Shown here: positions 63,422-64,000 of the stretch, in pieces
How the letters are laid out: every line of letters starts with the position of its first letter
Numbering within the stretch: the stretch's first letter is position 1
Source: an uncultured Anaerolineales bacterium
Lineage (GTDB): Bacteria; Chloroflexota; Anaerolineae; B4-G1
DNA length: 64,000 nt
Reading direction: 5' to 3'
NCBI GenBank assembly: GCA_964474655.1
Contig: CAYYTU010000002.1
Location: 64,095-128,094 of the forward strand
The notes under the pieces: model-generated
Told to the model about the DNA's origin: nothing
The model's input: only the letters and a program-made list of their open reading frames with translations
The model's database searches: none
Made by a program: the position numbers and the translations under genes

Positions 63422-64000
63422 TTGGCCTCCTCGCTGCGCAGCGCCAGGGCCACGGTCACGTTGCGAAACTTACGTTTCTCCACCAGCAGCGTCTCGGCCT
63501 CGGCCGCCAGCAACGCCGAAGGCTCCGCCACGCCCGGCACGCCCAGCACCCGCTCCGCCCAGACCGAAGGATTCGGCACCTCCTCGACCTGCGACACCGC
63601 CTCCCGGCTGAAGATCCGCAGCGACCAGCCGCGTGCCTCGCACGCTTCAATGAGGCCCTCCTCGTCGGCCTTGTCCTCGATGGTCGCCACGCAGCAGACG
63701 CTCGCCGCCGCCAGCCCGGCCTCGTCCAGCGTGCGGTCGATGCCGCCGAGAATCTCGTCGGCCGGCGTGTCCCGATTGCAGCCCACGCCCACGGCCAGGC
63801 AAGGCGGGCGGTAGATCACCGCGTGCGGCACGACGTCCAGCACGTCATTAGGCACATGGCGCGGCGTGATCAGCAAGGCCGCCGGCGGCGACGCCTCTCG
63901 TAGCGCATCCAGCGTCGCATAGCGGACGAGGTTCTCTGGCGTTGGATCGGGCCACCAGCTGGCGTCGCCGGCCTCCTGCACCACGCCGACCGGCTCGCCG
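63418..64000 (-). CDS. cbiG: Cobalt-precorrin-5A hydrolase (CbiG), C-terminal part. The gene continues beyond the window end.
   Basis: The CbiG C-terminal domain pattern AVGVGCNRDTPADEI fits its place in the cbiGHCDETLA series. The open frame runs to the window edge. Confidence 0.7.
   Translation of the reverse strand, partial: GEPVGVVQEAGDASWWPDPTPENLVRYATLDALREASPPAALLITPRHVPNDVLDVVPHAVIYRPPCLAVGVGCNRDTPADEILGGIDRTLDEAGLAAASVCCVATIEDKADEEGLIEACEARGWSLRIFSREAVSQVEEVPNPSVWAERVLGVPGVAEPSALLAAEAETLLVEKRKFRNVTVALALRSEEAK

Overview
High-GC (about 65-68%) bacterial chromosomal segment with very compact, mostly minus-strand gene organisation. Possibly Chloroflexota or a similar lineage; that guess rests only on gene content and GC, not on any search. 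Two large blocks dominate. (1) Positions 1-28,700 form one co-directional minus-strand super-operon. It encodes eight paralogous multi-GAF membrane proteins with no recognisable output domain, a 1608-aa cytoplasmic PAS/GAF protein, two orphan ABC-type solute-binding proteins, a single Cache/HAMP/GAF histidine kinase, two stand-alone CheY-like receivers and a ParA/MinD-type ATPase. All eight GAF proteins and the PAS/GAF protein end in the same conserved ~45-aa C-terminal module followed by an acidic Gly/Asp-rich tail. This is the most unusual system in the window. (2) Positions 38,600-64,000 form a tetrapyrrole super-cluster. It contains classical hem genes (hemL, hemB, cobA-hemD fusion, hemC, hemA, sirC-like), the siroheme-dependent alternative haem pathway (fused ahbAB, two radical-SAM/SPASM AhbC/AhbD-like genes), a vapBC toxin-antitoxin pair inserted in the cluster, and an anaerobic-type cobalamin pathway (cbiMNQO, cobO, GHMP kinase, cobQ, cbiA, cbiL, cbiET, cbiD, cbiC, cbiH, partial cbiG). 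A probable cobalamin riboswitch with a terminator hairpin sits upstream of cbiM. Between the blocks lie a helix-turn-helix regulator, a Pro/Thr-rich lipoprotein, a GIY-YIG/NUDIX fusion, a ClC channel, an isoaspartyl peptidase, a 1.1-kb lower-GC non-coding region with strong predicted RNA structure, a GPPDEA-repeat protein and a large DUF11-repeat surface protein. Recurring non-coding elements include a ~150-bp repeat family in three 5' leaders, GCAAGU-type tandem octamer repeats flanking hem genes, an ATGGTAC(C)ATAG palindromic motif at three sites, and a 190-bp lower-GC imperfect inverted repeat next to the riboswitch. No rRNA, tRNA, CRISPR array, transposase or integrase was recognised. Many long ORFs in the six-frame track are antisense artefacts of the high GC and are not reported.
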